From Lama glama (Eukaryota), in NCBI GenBank assembly GCA_028534125.1, contig CM052816.1, forward strand, positions 59,088,001 to 59,152,000: DNA of 64,000 bases. The letters are read 5' to 3'. Below are positions 1-12,702 of this stretch, piece by piece (the first letter of the stretch is position 1; each line of letters opens with the position of its first letter). The translations under genes were made by a program, and so were the position numbers. Under the pieces are notes generated by a model that was not told where the DNA came from, searched no databases, and was given only the letters and a program-made list of their open reading frames with translations.

Positions 1-1904
1 GGCATGTTGACATTTCCATTTTCTCCCAGGTTAGGGTATGAGTGCCTCACATCTGGTGGCCACTTCGGTTTATATGGAAATGAAGATCTTAAATTCCACC
101 TCTGCACAGTCTTCACTGGGACCCCATAGTCAGCTCTGTACAGCCCAGAGTGAAATCAGGCCCCAGTTTTAGGCAACTGCCTCCAAAGTCATGACCAGGG
201 TAGGTTTTGGGTTGAGATAGGAACCATGCAGTGTAAATGTGTGTGAAGTGCTTGGCTTGGTACAAGATGAGCAGAATTATCTTCTTTTTTAGGCTTCTAT
301 GATATCTTCTTTGTGTATCATGACAAGACAGAACAAGAGGACATTGAGCATTTGGCTAAATATTTGCCTCTCCTTTTCTCTTGAGGGCATTCATCAGTGA
401 GACCCTACTGTGGGTTCTGTCTGTCTGGGCATCATACACACTGAGGAGCAGAGGCAAGGCCAGCCGGCTGCTTCTCTCTGCTCATTGTCATGCTTCCATA
501 AGCAACTGTTTTTGGGGAAATCATTAATGCTAAGTTCCCTGGGGAAGTACAGAGGGATCTGTACCCTCCATCCAGCTGTATGATCAACTTCTCAGGTCAG
601 GGAGGCAACTCCAGGCTTGAAAAATTCACTGCTGTTTGCTTTTGATGATTCTGGCAGTTACCTTTTAAAATTTCCTTTACCATTTTTTGGGGGTGCTCTT
701 TTGGTCCTACCAGTTTCTTTAGGGAGAATATATCTTTAGGATACTGACACACCTTTGACATCGTGTCTTTTTAATCAGGTAGAGGCAATGTGCTCTGAGC
801 AGTCTTGCTGTAAGAACAGGAGGAGCACCTGTTGCAAGAAGAAGAGGGGTGTTAGAGCTGAAATTTTGATGGTGAAATTGGACTGAGAAAGAAGCACTGA
901 TGGATGAAGGTAAGAATGAACATTCAAAACCAAAACCTCAGAATCTGTGAGGTGGGATGGCATTCTCAGTCTTTCCACACACAGTTACCACCCCAGTGCA
1001 GCTATAATTTGGGCCATTGGTAGTTGCTAATTCACTGGTAAGGTTTCCACTCTATGCTGAGCCGAGCTCCATGCATTCTGTTCCTCTTTCTGTTGCTTTT
1101 TCATTTTATTCGTGTTCATGCTCAAAATGATTTAGAGGGATGGGAGGTGAGACATACATTTCACAATCATTTGCAAGTTTTGAGGAAATGATGATCTTTT
1201 TTTCATGAAGTTGAGGATGCTAAGCCCCCACCTCCCCATTCCTGGCATATCCTAGTGTAATAGTTCATGGAGAACTCTTGCTGTGAGCAGGAAGGAGGCT
1301 CTGCAGGGGAAAGGAGTAGAAATTCCAGTCTCCTTCATGGAGGGTCGATGGCTCAGACATGGTGAAGGAGGCTTTCTCAAACTCTGTCCCACGGAGACCA
1401 GGCTTTGCCAGACTGGTAAGAGCCAGACACACTTGTCTGAGATGGATGGAAGGATAGAAGAGAAGGCTTTGCCCCAAAGTCACATACTTAACCTGCTTCC
1501 CTGGCACCCTTGGTCCCCTAGTCTGGCCTTTGCCCATAGAGAACTTATAATAAAAGTTTTGGTGGAAATGAAGTTCAACTGTGTGGATTTATCGTACTTA
1601 ACGCATAGGGTCTTGGTTTTATTTTGCTGTTTGGTTGCAGAGCTAATTTAACATTGACATTAAAGAACATATATTTTGAAAAACTAGAAATAGTCTCAAT
1701 AGACCCTTATACATTCTTTGTGTTGCTTTTATGTATTTTCTAAAGTGTTTATAGCCAATGTGTATTACTTTGAAAAAGAAAGTGATATTAAGATGGCAAA
1801 AAAAAATTATGTATAATCCCTCAGGCTACAGGCATCTACTTCCATTTTAAAGTGTTCTCTTTTTCAGTGTTTGTCGATTTTGTGCAATTCTGGCATGCTT
1901 TAAA

Positions 1905-2590
1905 AAATTTATTGAGATGAAACTTACATAACATAAAGTTAACCATTGTTAAAGTGAATGACTCAGTTCCAAAACATTTCCATCTGAATTTAAATGAGAT
2001 GATGATCTGTATTAATAGGTAAAACATTTTACCCATGAAGCAATTTTTCTGCATTTCTCTGCATTTTCCCCTTCCTCCAGCCCCTGGCAGCAACAAATCC
2101 ACATTCTGTCTATAGATTTATCTATTCTGGACATTTTATATAAATGGAATCATGTAATACGTGACTTTGTTTCACATCCTATTTTTGCAGGTTCATCCAT
2201 GCTGTAGCATGTATCTGTACTTCTTTCCTTTTCATGGCTGAATAATATTCTATTGTAAGGATATACCACAATTTGTTTTTCCATTTATCTGTTGATGGAC
2301 ATTTGGGCTACTTCAACATTTTGGTTCTTGTGAATAGTGCTACTGTGAATATACATGTACAGGTTCTTGTTCATCTGTTTTCAATTCTTTTGGTTATATG
2401 CCTAGGTTGTACTGGTATTAGTGTAATTTCTGGGTTATAGAGTGACTCTCTTTTCAAGGACCTGCCAAACTGGTTTCCACAGTGACTAAATGATTGTGCC
2501 TTCCAGCCAGCAATGCACAAGGTTTCCAATTTCCCCACATCCTTGCCAGCACTTGTAATTTCTGTTTGACATACTTTTAACCATTGTGAA
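1905..2590 (-). mobile_element. Old L1 (L1MB-like) 3' end fragment
   Basis: Antisense L1 3' text: tttattgagatgaaacttacataacataaa ... cccctggcagc ... ggacattttatataaatggaatcat. The minus-strand ORF reads like the ORF2 C-terminus (AGKDVGKLETLCIAGW). Confidence 0.85.
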
Positions 2591-3257
2591 CATGTCATCT
2601 TTTGCAATTGATGAAATGTTGAGTTTTAAAATTTATATTAACCTCTAGCATTTGTGTGTATTGGTGTGTTTGACATTGTGTTGCCACTTCAGAACAGTTT
2701 TCTTTCATTATCCTACTTTTTCTTGGATCCTATAATTCATCTCTGTGACTTTATACTTGATAATTTTGAGCATAGGGTTCACTGTTGGAGCAAATTCTTT
2801 TGCGTCTTAGAATAACCTCTGTATTACACATGAGTGATCCTACCTGTTGGCCCCTGCTCTACCTTTTGGCTACATGAACTTTCCTGAAGCATGACATTTG
2901 AAACAGAGCTCTGTCCTAAAAGCCAAGTAGTGGTACTCACCTTTGGCTTCTGTTGAAAGCTCTGCTGAAAACAGGAATATGTGTATGAAGCCCAAGAAAC
3001 GTCTTAGAGTGTGGGCCTTTCTTCAGCCTCACCCACATCCCCATGTGTTAAGCTCACACTGGACACAAGGGTGAGAAGAAATGAGACCGTTCAGCTTGGG
3101 CAACAGAGGTTGGGGACAGAGGGAGAGGCACAGATGGCCTTGGACCTGCAGGAATGGGTGGGGATGAAAGGTGAGAATGAATATGTTAAGCTGGATTTGC
3201 CTGTTAGAACTCAACTGGTGAATTAAGTGCTTAGGGAAATGTGACAGAAGGCAAATG

Positions 3258-3469
3258 CAGGGCATCCCAGCCTCAGTGCTATTGCCGTCTTGTGCTGGAT
3301 TGTCCGTGTTGCGTGAAGGTGGTGCGGAGTGCCGTAGGATGGTGAGCAGACCCCTGGCCTCTACACACTAGATGCCAGTAGCATCCCTACCCTCCTCTCC
3401 CACCCTGTCCATACATGGCCAGTCTTCCCTGGGGGTGCGGAATGGTGACTCCCAGTTGAGAACCACTGG
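3258..3469. mobile_element. MER20-like hAT-Charlie non-autonomous DNA transposon
   Basis: Contains cccctggcctctacacactagatgccagtagca and ends in cagttgagaaccactg, which match recalled MER20 text. Confidence 0.8.
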
Positions 3470-3529
3470 GCAAAGTGAACATCGATTTTTTTCATTTATC
3501 AGTTGACATTATCAGTGGATTATTATTTG

Positions 3530-4270
3530 AAAACTAGTACTTATTGAGGCCCACTACAGGCCAGGCTCTATGCTCAGCATTTTCTTTCATTTATTTCTCA
3601 GCAAATGAATAAGTATGTTCTGCTAGGAACTGAATCTATACTGTGGACGAAACACAGGAAAACTCTTGCCTCCTTGGAGATTCCATTCTGGTGGGGAGAT
3701 GGGCATGTGGAAATAATCCCACAGATGTACAACTGCAGCCATGACGAGTGCCGTGGAAGGGGGCCCCTGGGGAGCATGGCGAGCAGTTTCCCAGGGCTGC
3801 CCACATGCCAGGCTTCGTGCTGAGGCCGTCACACGCGTGGATTCTCGTGCCCCTGACAGCAAGTGTATGATGTAGGTACTGGTCTTCACGCCCAGTCTTG
3901 CAGGAAGGAAGCTGGCTCTTAGATGGACGGAAGTCACACAGATAGAAAGTTTGGGTTTTGAACCTGATGTGTTGTCCTCAGAGCCTGAGCCTCTAACTGC
4001 CACCTGAGGTAACATGAGTTGAGATGAGCTGAATGAATAGACGGTGCCTGGTTGGAGAGGGGAAGGGAAGGTGTTCTAAGGCAGACTTGATGGTAAACGG
4101 GTGGGCCTTGGAGCAGGAGAGAGAACAGAGGACGGAAAGAAGGTCTGTGGGACTGGTGAGGGGAGAGTGGTGGGGGCAGGGAAGAGAAGGTGGGTGGGGG
4201 GCCAGGTCTTCCTATCGCCAGTCCTTGTAGGCATTAAAAGGATTCATCTTTACCCAAAAACCTATGGGGA
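3530..4270 (-). mobile_element. Degraded L2 fragments
   Basis: Includes ttattgaggcccactacaggccagg and cttgcctccttggagattccattctggtggggag, followed by purine-rich L2-like text. Confidence 0.5.
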
Positions 4271-4281
4271 GCTCCTGGGAG

Positions 4282-4450
4282 TTTTTTTTTTTTTTTTAAT
4301 TCAAGTAGTCAGTTTGCAATGTTGTGTCAATTTCTGGTGTACAGCAGAATGCTGCAGTCATACATATACATACATATATTCCTTTTCTTACTCTTTTTCA
4401 TTATAGGTTACAACAAGATATTAAATATAGTTCCCTGTGCTATACAGTAG
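4282..4450 (-). mobile_element. Young 5'-truncated L1 3' tip with TSD
   Basis: Poly-T followed by 3' UTR text similar to the copies at 32.9 kb and 52.5 kb. The direct repeat ctgggag flanks it at 4275-4281 and 4451-4457. Confidence 0.85.
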
Positions 4451-4489
4451 CTGGGAGATTTTAGAAGGGAGAAAACACCGAGGTTTTCA

Positions 4490-4660
4490 CTCATTACCAT
4501 ATTTAATATTTACAGCCACCCTATGAGGAGAGAGTGAAAGCCATTTTGCCAATAAGATGGAGGGACATGGGGAGCCAGATACTTTGAGAAGGTCACAAAA
4601 TTGAAAAGTAGCAGAGCTGGCCTTCACACTCAAGCTTGTCCATTTGCCAGCCCATTCTAT
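4490..4660 (-). mobile_element. MIR SINE
   Basis: tttaatatttacagccaccctatgagg ... aaggtcaca ... gtagcagagctgg, the MIR core in antisense. Confidence 0.7.
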
Positions 4661-5049
4661 TAAGCCACCACCCCAGGCAGCATCCTCTGCTTCAGGCCCC
4701 TGAAGCACCGCGGGTTCCCCCATGGTAGCTAGTGAGTTGGGTCTGATGTCTGGAAATTCTGTCCCCGGGGATTTCATTGTCGACGTGTGAACACACACAA
4801 TTCTGTGCATCTCCGCAGTCATTCTTTTAACTTTTGAATTTTTTATTTTGTTTATTCTCTGGCGCTCCAGCTCCAATTCACCCTTCACCCTGCCCACCCC
4901 TTGGCCCTGCAATTCTGCCCTGGGACACTGTCCACGTGGCCTCTGATAAGAATCGCTCCATTCAGTGTAGCTGGCAGGTAGATGTCCTCTTTGCTCAAAC
5001 ATGCGTGAAGGTCTCCACTCCCCCGATCTCATGGCTGTGGCGTCTGGAA

Positions 5050-5750
5050 CTCTTTGGCTGGCCCTCTTCTGTTCTTTTGGAGAGAGTGTATTTCCCCCTC
5101 CAGGTAAACTTCAAACTAGCATTCATTTAAATATTAATTTGCAATTGCACAATCTCTCCTGTGATATGACCACACTCTGTGGGGATTAGGCGGAGGGAGC
5201 CTCCTTGCTCATTTTAATCGCACGTTTCGGCAGTGCTGGGACTTGCAGCAGGTTGGATCCTTCCTTTTACAGCATCCAAAAGGCTCTGCAGTGCTAACCA
5301 AATTGAAACGAGCCCCTTCATCTTACACACGGATAATTAAACTTCAAACACTGTTTATCTCAGTCGCCAAATCCTCAGAATGCAAAAGCAAATTAATTTT
5401 AAATCTATATCTGCTTTAAATAGTAATTGTTTAATCAACAGGCTTGATGTATAATTATATTCTTTGTTCCTACTCCCTGCAGGCTTGAATAGACCACATA
5501 TTTCCTGGGTTGCTTTCATTTCTGTAATTAGATCACGTGACCAACCCTCAGTATATTACAGTTGACTCCGATTGCTTCTCTCCCACCCCCTTCTAAATGC
5601 TAAAACGGTTTCTCATGAATACTTAGATTATAACAGCCCAGCTTAACATGGAGCTGTGAGTGTTTTGCTTTAATCCTTTATTCTTTCACCTAATAATTTA
5701 CAAGTGATTTTCCTGGTGGCTGCTGTACTGTGCCGGCTGTATCATTAGAG
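5050..5750. promoter_or_regulatory. Candidate conserved non-coding element / enhancer
   Basis: No recognisable repeat. Dense TAAT/TAATTA/GGATTA cores, TCACGTGA at 5533-5540, TGTTTAT, and several retained CpGs. Function is inferred only. Confidence 0.4.
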
Positions 5751-5809
5751 AGTTAAGAGTTCTTGTCCTTATTTTGAACTCCTGTTTCCATAAAGGAAAA
5801 CCCTTCTTG

Positions 5810-6850
5810 ACTATGTAGAAACATACTGTCTGGACTCCTTGAAGTCAATATTATCCTTATAGAGGGATTTAAGGTTCAAAGTGAACAAAAAGTAAATAAT
5901 ATACTGGGCTTCTGTATTTTGACCATCTGGGACTTCATGGAGAAAGGAAGTCATTTTCCTTATTAGAAAGAGCAGTTTTGTTTCCAAGAATTTATTTTTC
6001 TTGCCTGGATTCATCCCATAAAAATGAGAGCTGGGCATTAGATAATTAGGTCAACACTGAGATCTATTCTCTAATTGGAATTTGTCCCACACAGTATGCC
6101 TGATCTTCTGTGGGTCTGTGTTAGAAATAGTGTTGTTCAGCCAATCTGGCTCTTTGAACTTCCTTTATCATTCATGTCCTCCAGCTCCGTATCTTTCAGA
6201 TTTTATTTCTCAGAGGCCTTGCAATTCTTAGTATTTTTCTCGTTTTTGTTATGGAGGTATGCAGAATTGGACAGGGCATCGCAAGTATGACTTAATCAAT
6301 AGTATGTAAATTAAGAGGAGTGATTGGAAGTCGGAGAGAGAAAGAATCTCATTTTTTTGGTGGTTGTTGCTTAAATAAAAAAAGATGCACAGGGTGTCTA
6401 TAGTTAAAGCTCAACTCAACTAGGCTCCTTTCCCTTCATCATATTTCAAAATTAGATCCAAGTTTGCACTGTCAGGCCTTGGTCTTCTCAGCTTTATTCA
6501 TTTCTTACTTTCTTTCCTACCCATGGAATATCTGTGTTTTGGATTACTTTCTCTTAACTACACAAATGTGGATTTTTCAGGCAGTGTCTGATTTTACTAT
6601 TTTGATTCAGCTATGCATTTTTATGAGGTTCACCACTATATTCTGCCCATATTTCTGTAGCTGTCAGGTGGTTTTTTTGGTTTTTTTTTTTGTTTGTTTT
6701 AGATCATTTCACCATCCTTTTGGGTATTTGCCACATTTCCCAATTATATCTGTGGAAATAATTTCTGTGTTTGTTATTCACCTTTGCAGATCATCCATGC
6801 AAATGCTAAATTAAATGTGACATGCTCATTGGCACCATTAAATTCACAGA
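5810..6850 (-). mobile_element. Ancient CR1/L3-family LINE, ORF2 C-terminal remnant
   Basis: Manual minus-strand translation gives FSICMDDLQR...ISTD..LGNVANTQKD (cf. CR1 FNIFINDL...FADDTKLGG.ANT.ED). It also gives LIYILLIKSYLRCPVQFCIPP*QK (cf. [21 protein letters not shown].YKK). Confidence 0.7.
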
Positions 6851-7034
6851 TTAATAATTATTCTGTATTAATGGATCTATGATATTTTTTGGTTAGAGAA
6901 TTCTGACCCCAGCTTCTCCTACTCTTCAGTGAAAGAGCAATCATTACGTAGCTTTTATTTGTATATTTTCCAAGATTAAGAAACCCATGTAATCATACAA
7001 AATAATATGAGATGTGTTTTTATGTAGATGCTAT

Positions 7035-7590
7035 GGTGGATAAGGTCTAATTGGGAAACAGCAACCACTTTTGGTCTTTTGACAGAAGGAATCATATAGT
7101 ACAGGAAACTATACTATAGTTTTTTTATATTATGGTATTGTTACCCAGGTGATGGTTAAACTTAGAAGCCAAAGAGGAGAAGGTATAGCAATCCAGAGGT
7201 TGGCAGTGGTTGGAAGCTACTCCCACCCTGAGACCAGAAGGACCACAGAGGGTGGAGGTGTTACTGGAGCCCAGAGCTGGGGCTGTTGGGCAGATCTGGG
7301 TGCTCTGCAGAGGCCTCCTGGTGGGAACTGAGAGCACAGAGGCCAGGATTGCCTGTTAGAGCTGGAGGTTCCCAAGAGAACTAAGTAGTGCCTAAGATGC
7401 CACGTTGGGTGGGGAGAGGAAAGGATAAATAGCTTCCTTCCTCCTTGTACTTCAAGCCTTCTGGCCTCCCCCTGGCTGATCTTACCTGGAGGCCAGTTGG
7501 CAAGAAATCCAGTACCCAAATATACAGGTTACAGCAGGGGAAGTGTAGCCCCGTACATCTGAGATCAGAGACAACGACCAACACAGATGT
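7035..7590 (-). mobile_element. ERVL-type solo LTR (LTR33/LTR41-like; family uncertain)
   Basis: ggtctaattgggaaacagcaaccac ... agctactcccaccctgagaccagaagg ... gttactggagcccagag resembles old ERVL LTRs. Confidence 0.55.
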
Positions 7591-7874
7591 GCTGTGAAAG
7601 TAGGTGCAAAGTCCTTTTTGGGTTTCCGTGAACTTACCAATTCACCAGCACCATTCACTGCCTCTCTGGCCCATTCTGGACGCACTGCTAGGCTGGTCTT
7701 CCAAAAATACTGTGTTCACCTTTGCACAGTGACCCTTACTTCTTGCCAAATCACCTTGAGCTCTCCAGGACTTTCCTAAAGTGGATTGCCTCCCCACCTC
7801 AGATCTAGATTGAATTCACATTTGTCTTAGCCCAGTTCTTGTCCAGATAGAAGGAAGGAGAAAAGGTAAAATAA

Positions 7875-8075
7875 TATTGGTTGACCACCTATTCTGTAGC
7901 AGATGCTGACCTGGGAACTTTGTACACCTTTTCTTCTATTGGATTCTCAGATATTACTCTTATTTTTCAGTTGGATGGTGAGGCTCAGAAGGTAAGGGAA
8001 CTTAACTTCTCCAAGGTGACACGATCTGGGGAGAATTGGAGGCGGGTCCTCTGACACCAGATCTTGTTTCCATGA
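7875..8075 (-). mobile_element. MIR SINE
   Basis: tttttcagttggatggtgaggctcagaagg...aacttctccaaggtgacac. Confidence 0.6.
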
Positions 8076-8553
8076 TGCCACATCTCCTTTCTGGTTTTAT
8101 TAAAGCTCGGAGAAGCAAAGTGATTTATTAAAGTTCACATGGTTGGTAAGCACTACCTGACAACTCAATCCATCTGTTTTGGGTTTAGAAGATTTTCCAA
8201 GCAGTCCTATTTTAGCAAGACCTTATCCACCAATTCTTGGTTCAGGTCCAGCTTTCTCCATGGTATTTCCCCCTTGGAAAATCCCACATCAAGCTCTCCT
8301 TTCTTTGAACTTCTCTGATACTTACACCAGTTAAGTATATAGAGTCACTGAGTTCTCCAAGTACTTCGTCTAAGGGACATAAATTCTGGAGTCAAAATGT
8401 AAAGAGTAACTACAACCATGTCTCATACATTCCCTCTGTCTCTCTATAAGACCCCACTCTGGTGACACAGGTAACATTTAATGACTGACTCTCAGCTTGT
8501 GTCAGGAGTTTAAGTGCCTTGCAGTTTAGGCAGAGAACTCCTTACTTCTCAGG

Positions 8554-8690
8554 AGCGGTTTCTAACCTAGCGCACATAAGGGTCCTCCAGTGGGGAGTGT
8601 TGAGAGGCGAATTTTGACTCTGGAGATCTGGGGTGAGACCTGGGGTTCTGCTGATATTTTTGATCCTAGAACCACACTTTGAGTGAGTCT
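8554..8690. mobile_element. MER5-like hAT-Charlie element (degraded)
   Basis: gcggtttctaacct ... gatctggggtgagacctggg ... accacactttgagt. Confidence 0.6.
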
Positions 8691-9499
8691 AGAACATAGA
8701 TTTACCCATCAGAGGCAGCCGACAACCCACCAAGGACACTTATCACAAGGGACATGATGAACAGACAACTGCATATACTCATATACTCAAATCTAGGGAG
8801 CTGGGATGAATAGTCGATCAGATTAAGGGTCATAACATTGGAAGATGAGAAAATGAGAGTAAATATATATTAATGAGAATAAATTTGGTGTGGGTGGGGC
8901 TGGTACAGAGTATTGCATGATAATGATTTGTTTTCCTTGAGAAGGAAGTTCTTAGAGTCTGTAGACATTTTAACATTTTACTTGAGGGAAGGGTGACTGC
9001 TGGCCACGTGAAGAGTGATGGCCTCTAAGGTGTTCTTGACAGGGAGAAAGAGAAGGCTGTTCTTAGGCTCTATTCTGACTTAGTGGCCTCCAAAGAGGAC
9101 GAGGAAGATGTTTTTCTGCATCTTAGTTTGGGGAATATATTAGGAGAGGCCTTTGATGTGCTATGATGGCCCGAGTTTTTTGTTCTTTTCTGCCAAATTC
9201 TAGCTGGACCACAGGGCAGAAGAATCCTTTTTAAGAGAGGAATGAGGGTAGCTGGTGATGTGTATGTGTGTGCACAATGTACTTTTGATGTGCAGTAAAC
9301 TGGTGCGTGGGACTTAGCAGGTCTGCCCACTCAGCCACTTCTCCTGACCGTGGGCAGGTGTACTGGTCCTCCAAGGTCATGGGGTGGGACTGCTCTGAGC
9401 GCATTGTTGACTGCTTCTTGGGGAGTACTGGAGAAGAATGGGAAGATGGACTCTCTTCCTTCTCCACCACCTCTCTCTGGGTCTCAGGAAGGATGCTCC

Positions 9500-9760
9500 T
9501 TGATTTTTAGTATCAAACTGGACATTTTAACAGGGATCAAAGAAGTTTATTTGAGGTACTGACTGGAACCAATCTTACTTCCATTTTCAAAAGTCAGTAC
9601 CGTATTTCCTATAATTCAATCTTCTGGTCTTTCTCTCAAATCCTTGTTGCTGATTTAAAAAAAAATTACTGCCTTTGTCAGACATTTAACCATCTATAAT
9701 TCATACCATCTGCTGCAGATTTTTTGATTTTATTTTAGGATTTTAATGAAGTCTTTTATT
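9500..9760 (-). mobile_element. Ancient CR1/L3-family LINE, RT N-terminal remnant
   Basis: Minus-strand translation KSAADGMNYR... RPED*IIGNTVLTFENGSKIGSSQY..TSLIPVKM..LILK (cf. CR1 KS.GPDGIHPR...VPEDWRRANVVPIFKKGKKEDPGNYRPVSLTS.PGKIMEQIIK). Confidence 0.65.
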
Positions 9761-10214
9761 TGTCCATTTCATATCTCATATACTAACCGTTATGTCTAGG
9801 ACTCCACTCAGATTTCCTCAAGCCATCTGGAAGAGGATTGGATCAATCTCATGTACGTTGCTGATTTTGGAACTCGATCAGTCATTTTTTGGGGGAAGAT
9901 TTGTATAGTTTCCCTCACTAATCATGCTCCAGAATGTCCTTGCCCATTGCTTAAATCTTATTTGTGCTATGATCTTCCCTAATTACCAAATAGTGATTTT
10001 TTATTGACCTTAATATTTTTGGCTGGTCTTATTTGAAAAACATTGGTTAAAGGAGTGGGGTAGAAAGGGATAAACTTAGTAGAAATAAATAGTAAGTGTA
10101 AAATATTACCAGTCTCTTCTCCTATCTCTTATTAAACTTTGGGAATTTCTGATTTGAAATTGGCTAAGTACATTGCTTCTCTTTGTTCTAGAAAAGACTA
10201 AACTCCACTAGTGT

Positions 10215-10295
10215 TGAGATCCTGCATTTTCATCTGTGTCTCTAGGACTTGACACATAAGTGCTTAGTAAATACTGATAAATAATCAATGAGTGA
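10215..10295 (+). mobile_element. L2 3' end
   Basis: catctgtgtctctaggacttgacacataagtgcttagtaaatactg with an (aatg)-like tail. Confidence 0.55.
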
Positions 10296-10589
10296 CTTTG
10301 TCTGAATAACCTATATTGTGTCCTAGCAATAGGAACCTTTTTGAATTCTGTCAAGGACTGACTGGGGGCTCCAGTCCAGTCTTTTCCTCCACAGAGTGAA
10401 GGTCAGTTTCCCTAGAGTTAGTATTTTCATTCCTTTCTTTTTTGTTCCTTCCTACGTCTATATAAGTGCAGATACATTTCTATATGGAGAGATTCTATAT
10501 AGAAACAGACTTGACTTTGTAATTTCTGTTTCTAGTGAATCACTCACCTCAAAGGTGGAGGAAACTGTTGAGGGAGACAGATGGGGCAG

Positions 10590-10750
10590 AGAAAGGACAT
10601 GGCTTTGGAATTAAAACAGTAGTGGGTTTGAGTGCTGGCCATACCTGTTTCCAGTGATGGGAACTTGAGCATATTACTAGTGCTGAGTCTATAAAATGCA
10701 GACCTTAATGAAGTACAAATGGAGTAATGGATAGTGTCTTGATAAGGCTT
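10590..10750 (+). mobile_element. MIR SINE
   Basis: ggctttggaattaaaacag..tgggtttgagtgctggc ... gaacttgagca. Confidence 0.55.
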
Positions 10751-10779
10751 CCAAGCCATGCGCCTGGCTCGCACGTGCC

Positions 10780-11195
10780 CCACCATTCTTCTCTTGCTCT
10801 CTGAATTTCACCTATTGCTGCCTTCCATTGTTCAAAAGCTCTGAGCTCCTATCCATTTACCGCAGGGCCTTTGCACAGGTAGTCCCCACTTTTTATGTCA
10901 TTAGTTCTTACTCATGCTTCAAGACTCAGCCAGATTCCCTGATATCCCTTAAGTAAGTCAGATTTCCATGGAAGGTGTACTCTGAAATTTGTAAGGCTTA
11001 TCATAATTGAAATTAAATAATAATTATGTAGTAATTTGTTGTTCAATTCTTCCCACTCTTTCCACCCATGGGAATGTAAAGTCCATGAGGGCAGAGATCA
11101 TTACTGTCTTACTCATCTTTGTACCTGGAGTGTTTACCAGATGGCCGGGCACAACGGAACTTAATAAATGCTGTTGGATTCATGAATAAATGAAT
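10780..11195 (+). mobile_element. L2 3' region
   Basis: cagggcctttgcacagg ... gaatgtaaagtccatgagggcagag ... ttaataaatgctgttggattcatgaataaatgaat. Confidence 0.75.
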
Positions 11196-11399
11196 ACAAT
11201 GTAACTAACAAAAGCTAAACACAAACTAGGTGCACACTAATTTTTACTTCTATCCCACCCTCTCAGTCGACCTTTTCTGCAGCTCTGCAGGGAAGAGTAT
11301 GAAATCAAAGGATTCATGATTTGAATGAGTGCACCCTGACCTCCTCACCTGCCTGAAAATTTCCCCCTTGGCTCCCTCCCATGGACTGGACTCCCTCTG

Positions 11400-11557
11400 A
11401 GTCTGATTCCCAAGGCTCACTTTGTACCAGAATTAGCTGGGAAGCTTTGTAAAACTGCACATAACATTTCAGCCACCGTGGGTGGGGTCTGCACATCAGC
11501 ATTTTAAAATGCTTTCCAGGTGATTCTAATGTGTGGCCAGGGTTGAAAACCACTGCT
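11400..11557. mobile_element. MER5A-like hAT-Charlie element
   Basis: agaattagctgggaagcttt ... gcattttaaaatgctttccaggtgattctaatgtgtggccagggttgaaaaccactg. Confidence 0.75.
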
Positions 11558-12207
11558 TAGGTAAGGAATTATCTTAAAGACTTGATGAAATTCAAGCATG
11601 TCTGTGTCTAAGTCATGCTATGTCTGTCTAAGTGGGTTTAACATCTTAGTGACCTGAGCATCTGCTAGCACTTCTGCACCTACTGATCAGATTGGCCTTG
11701 AGAGAAGGGGAGGGAGGAGAGGATTAGCATCAGACTGGTAAATCATTAAATATCAGGAAAAGTCCTTAATGGGTACCAGCCCACTGTGGGCATAATTGGG
11801 TGGAATCCTGCAAAGACAAACCTCATCTTCTCAATGTTGTCAGTACACAGGCTTTGCCCAGATAGACCAGACTTCTTGTGGTTATTTCCATGGAGTGAAT
11901 CACACTGGGCTAGTCCTGGATATGCCTTTTCCTAGATGAAGCAGTGCCCTAATGGGTTTCTGGTGTGGGAACAGCTTCAAGGACATCGGCCCTGTAAGGT
12001 ACTATGGAACAGGGTGGTCTGAACATGCTGTGAGATGGGATTTTTCAAAGTTGGTTGGCAAAGATGAAGGTGAAGAGCCAGGCACTTCAAAGAATGAATT
12101 TGTAGTCTTATTAGATTAAGAAAGGGAAACAGAAAAAAACTAGAATCATACTTTGGAGCTCTCTGGTGTAGTATAAATGCTGTATCTTACTTAGAATTCT
12201 GTTACAG

Positions 12208-12536
12208 CAGGGGTTGGCAAGCTATGGCCTATAACCCAAAGCCTGCCTGTTGCTGTTTTTGTATAACTTGTGAGCTGAAAGTGGTTTTTACATTTTCAGC
12301 TGGTTGAAAAATAATCAAAAGAAGAATAATGCTTCATGGACTCAGGAAAATTGGGCAAAATGCATATATCAATGAAATGTTACTGGAGCACAGCCACGCT
12401 TATTCTTTTCGTGTTGCCTGTGGCTGCCTCCGGTCGACACCAGCAGAGCTGAGCCATGGAGACTGAGGCTGTGTAGCCCACGAAGCTGAAAATATACACT
12501 CTCTGGCTCTTTGCAGGAAAAATTAGCTGACTTCTC
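12208..12536 (+). mobile_element. MER58B-like hAT-Charlie MITE with 8-bp TSD
   Basis: Starts caggggttggcaagctatggcc and ends aaaaattagctgacttctc. TSD tgttacag (12200-12207) / tgttaaag (12537-12544). Confidence 0.85.
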
Positions 12537-12555
12537 TGTTAAAGAATCAGAAGTA

Positions 12556-12702
12556 GGGGGGAGGGTATAGCTCAGGGGTAGATTATGTGCTTAGCATGCA
12601 TGAGATTCTGGGTTCAATCCCCAATACCTCCATTAAAATCAATCAATCTAATTACCTCCCCACTAAAATAACTAACTAAATAAATACATTTTAGAAATTT
12701 AA
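12556..12702 (+). mobile_element. tRNA-derived SINE (camelid Vic-1-like), complete with TSD
   Basis: gggagggtatagctcaggggtag (A box) ... gggttcaatccc (B box) and an A-rich tail. 13-bp TSD aaagaatcagaag at 12541-12553 and 12703-12715. Confidence 0.9.

Noticed and set aside
4487..5032. 181-aa minus-strand ORF
   Set aside because: No recognisable domain, and its C-terminal part is MIR-derived.
12556..12632. tRNA-like sequence with A and B boxes (also 23240-23315)
   Set aside because: It has a SINE tail and TSDs, so it is a tRNA-derived SINE and not a tRNA gene.
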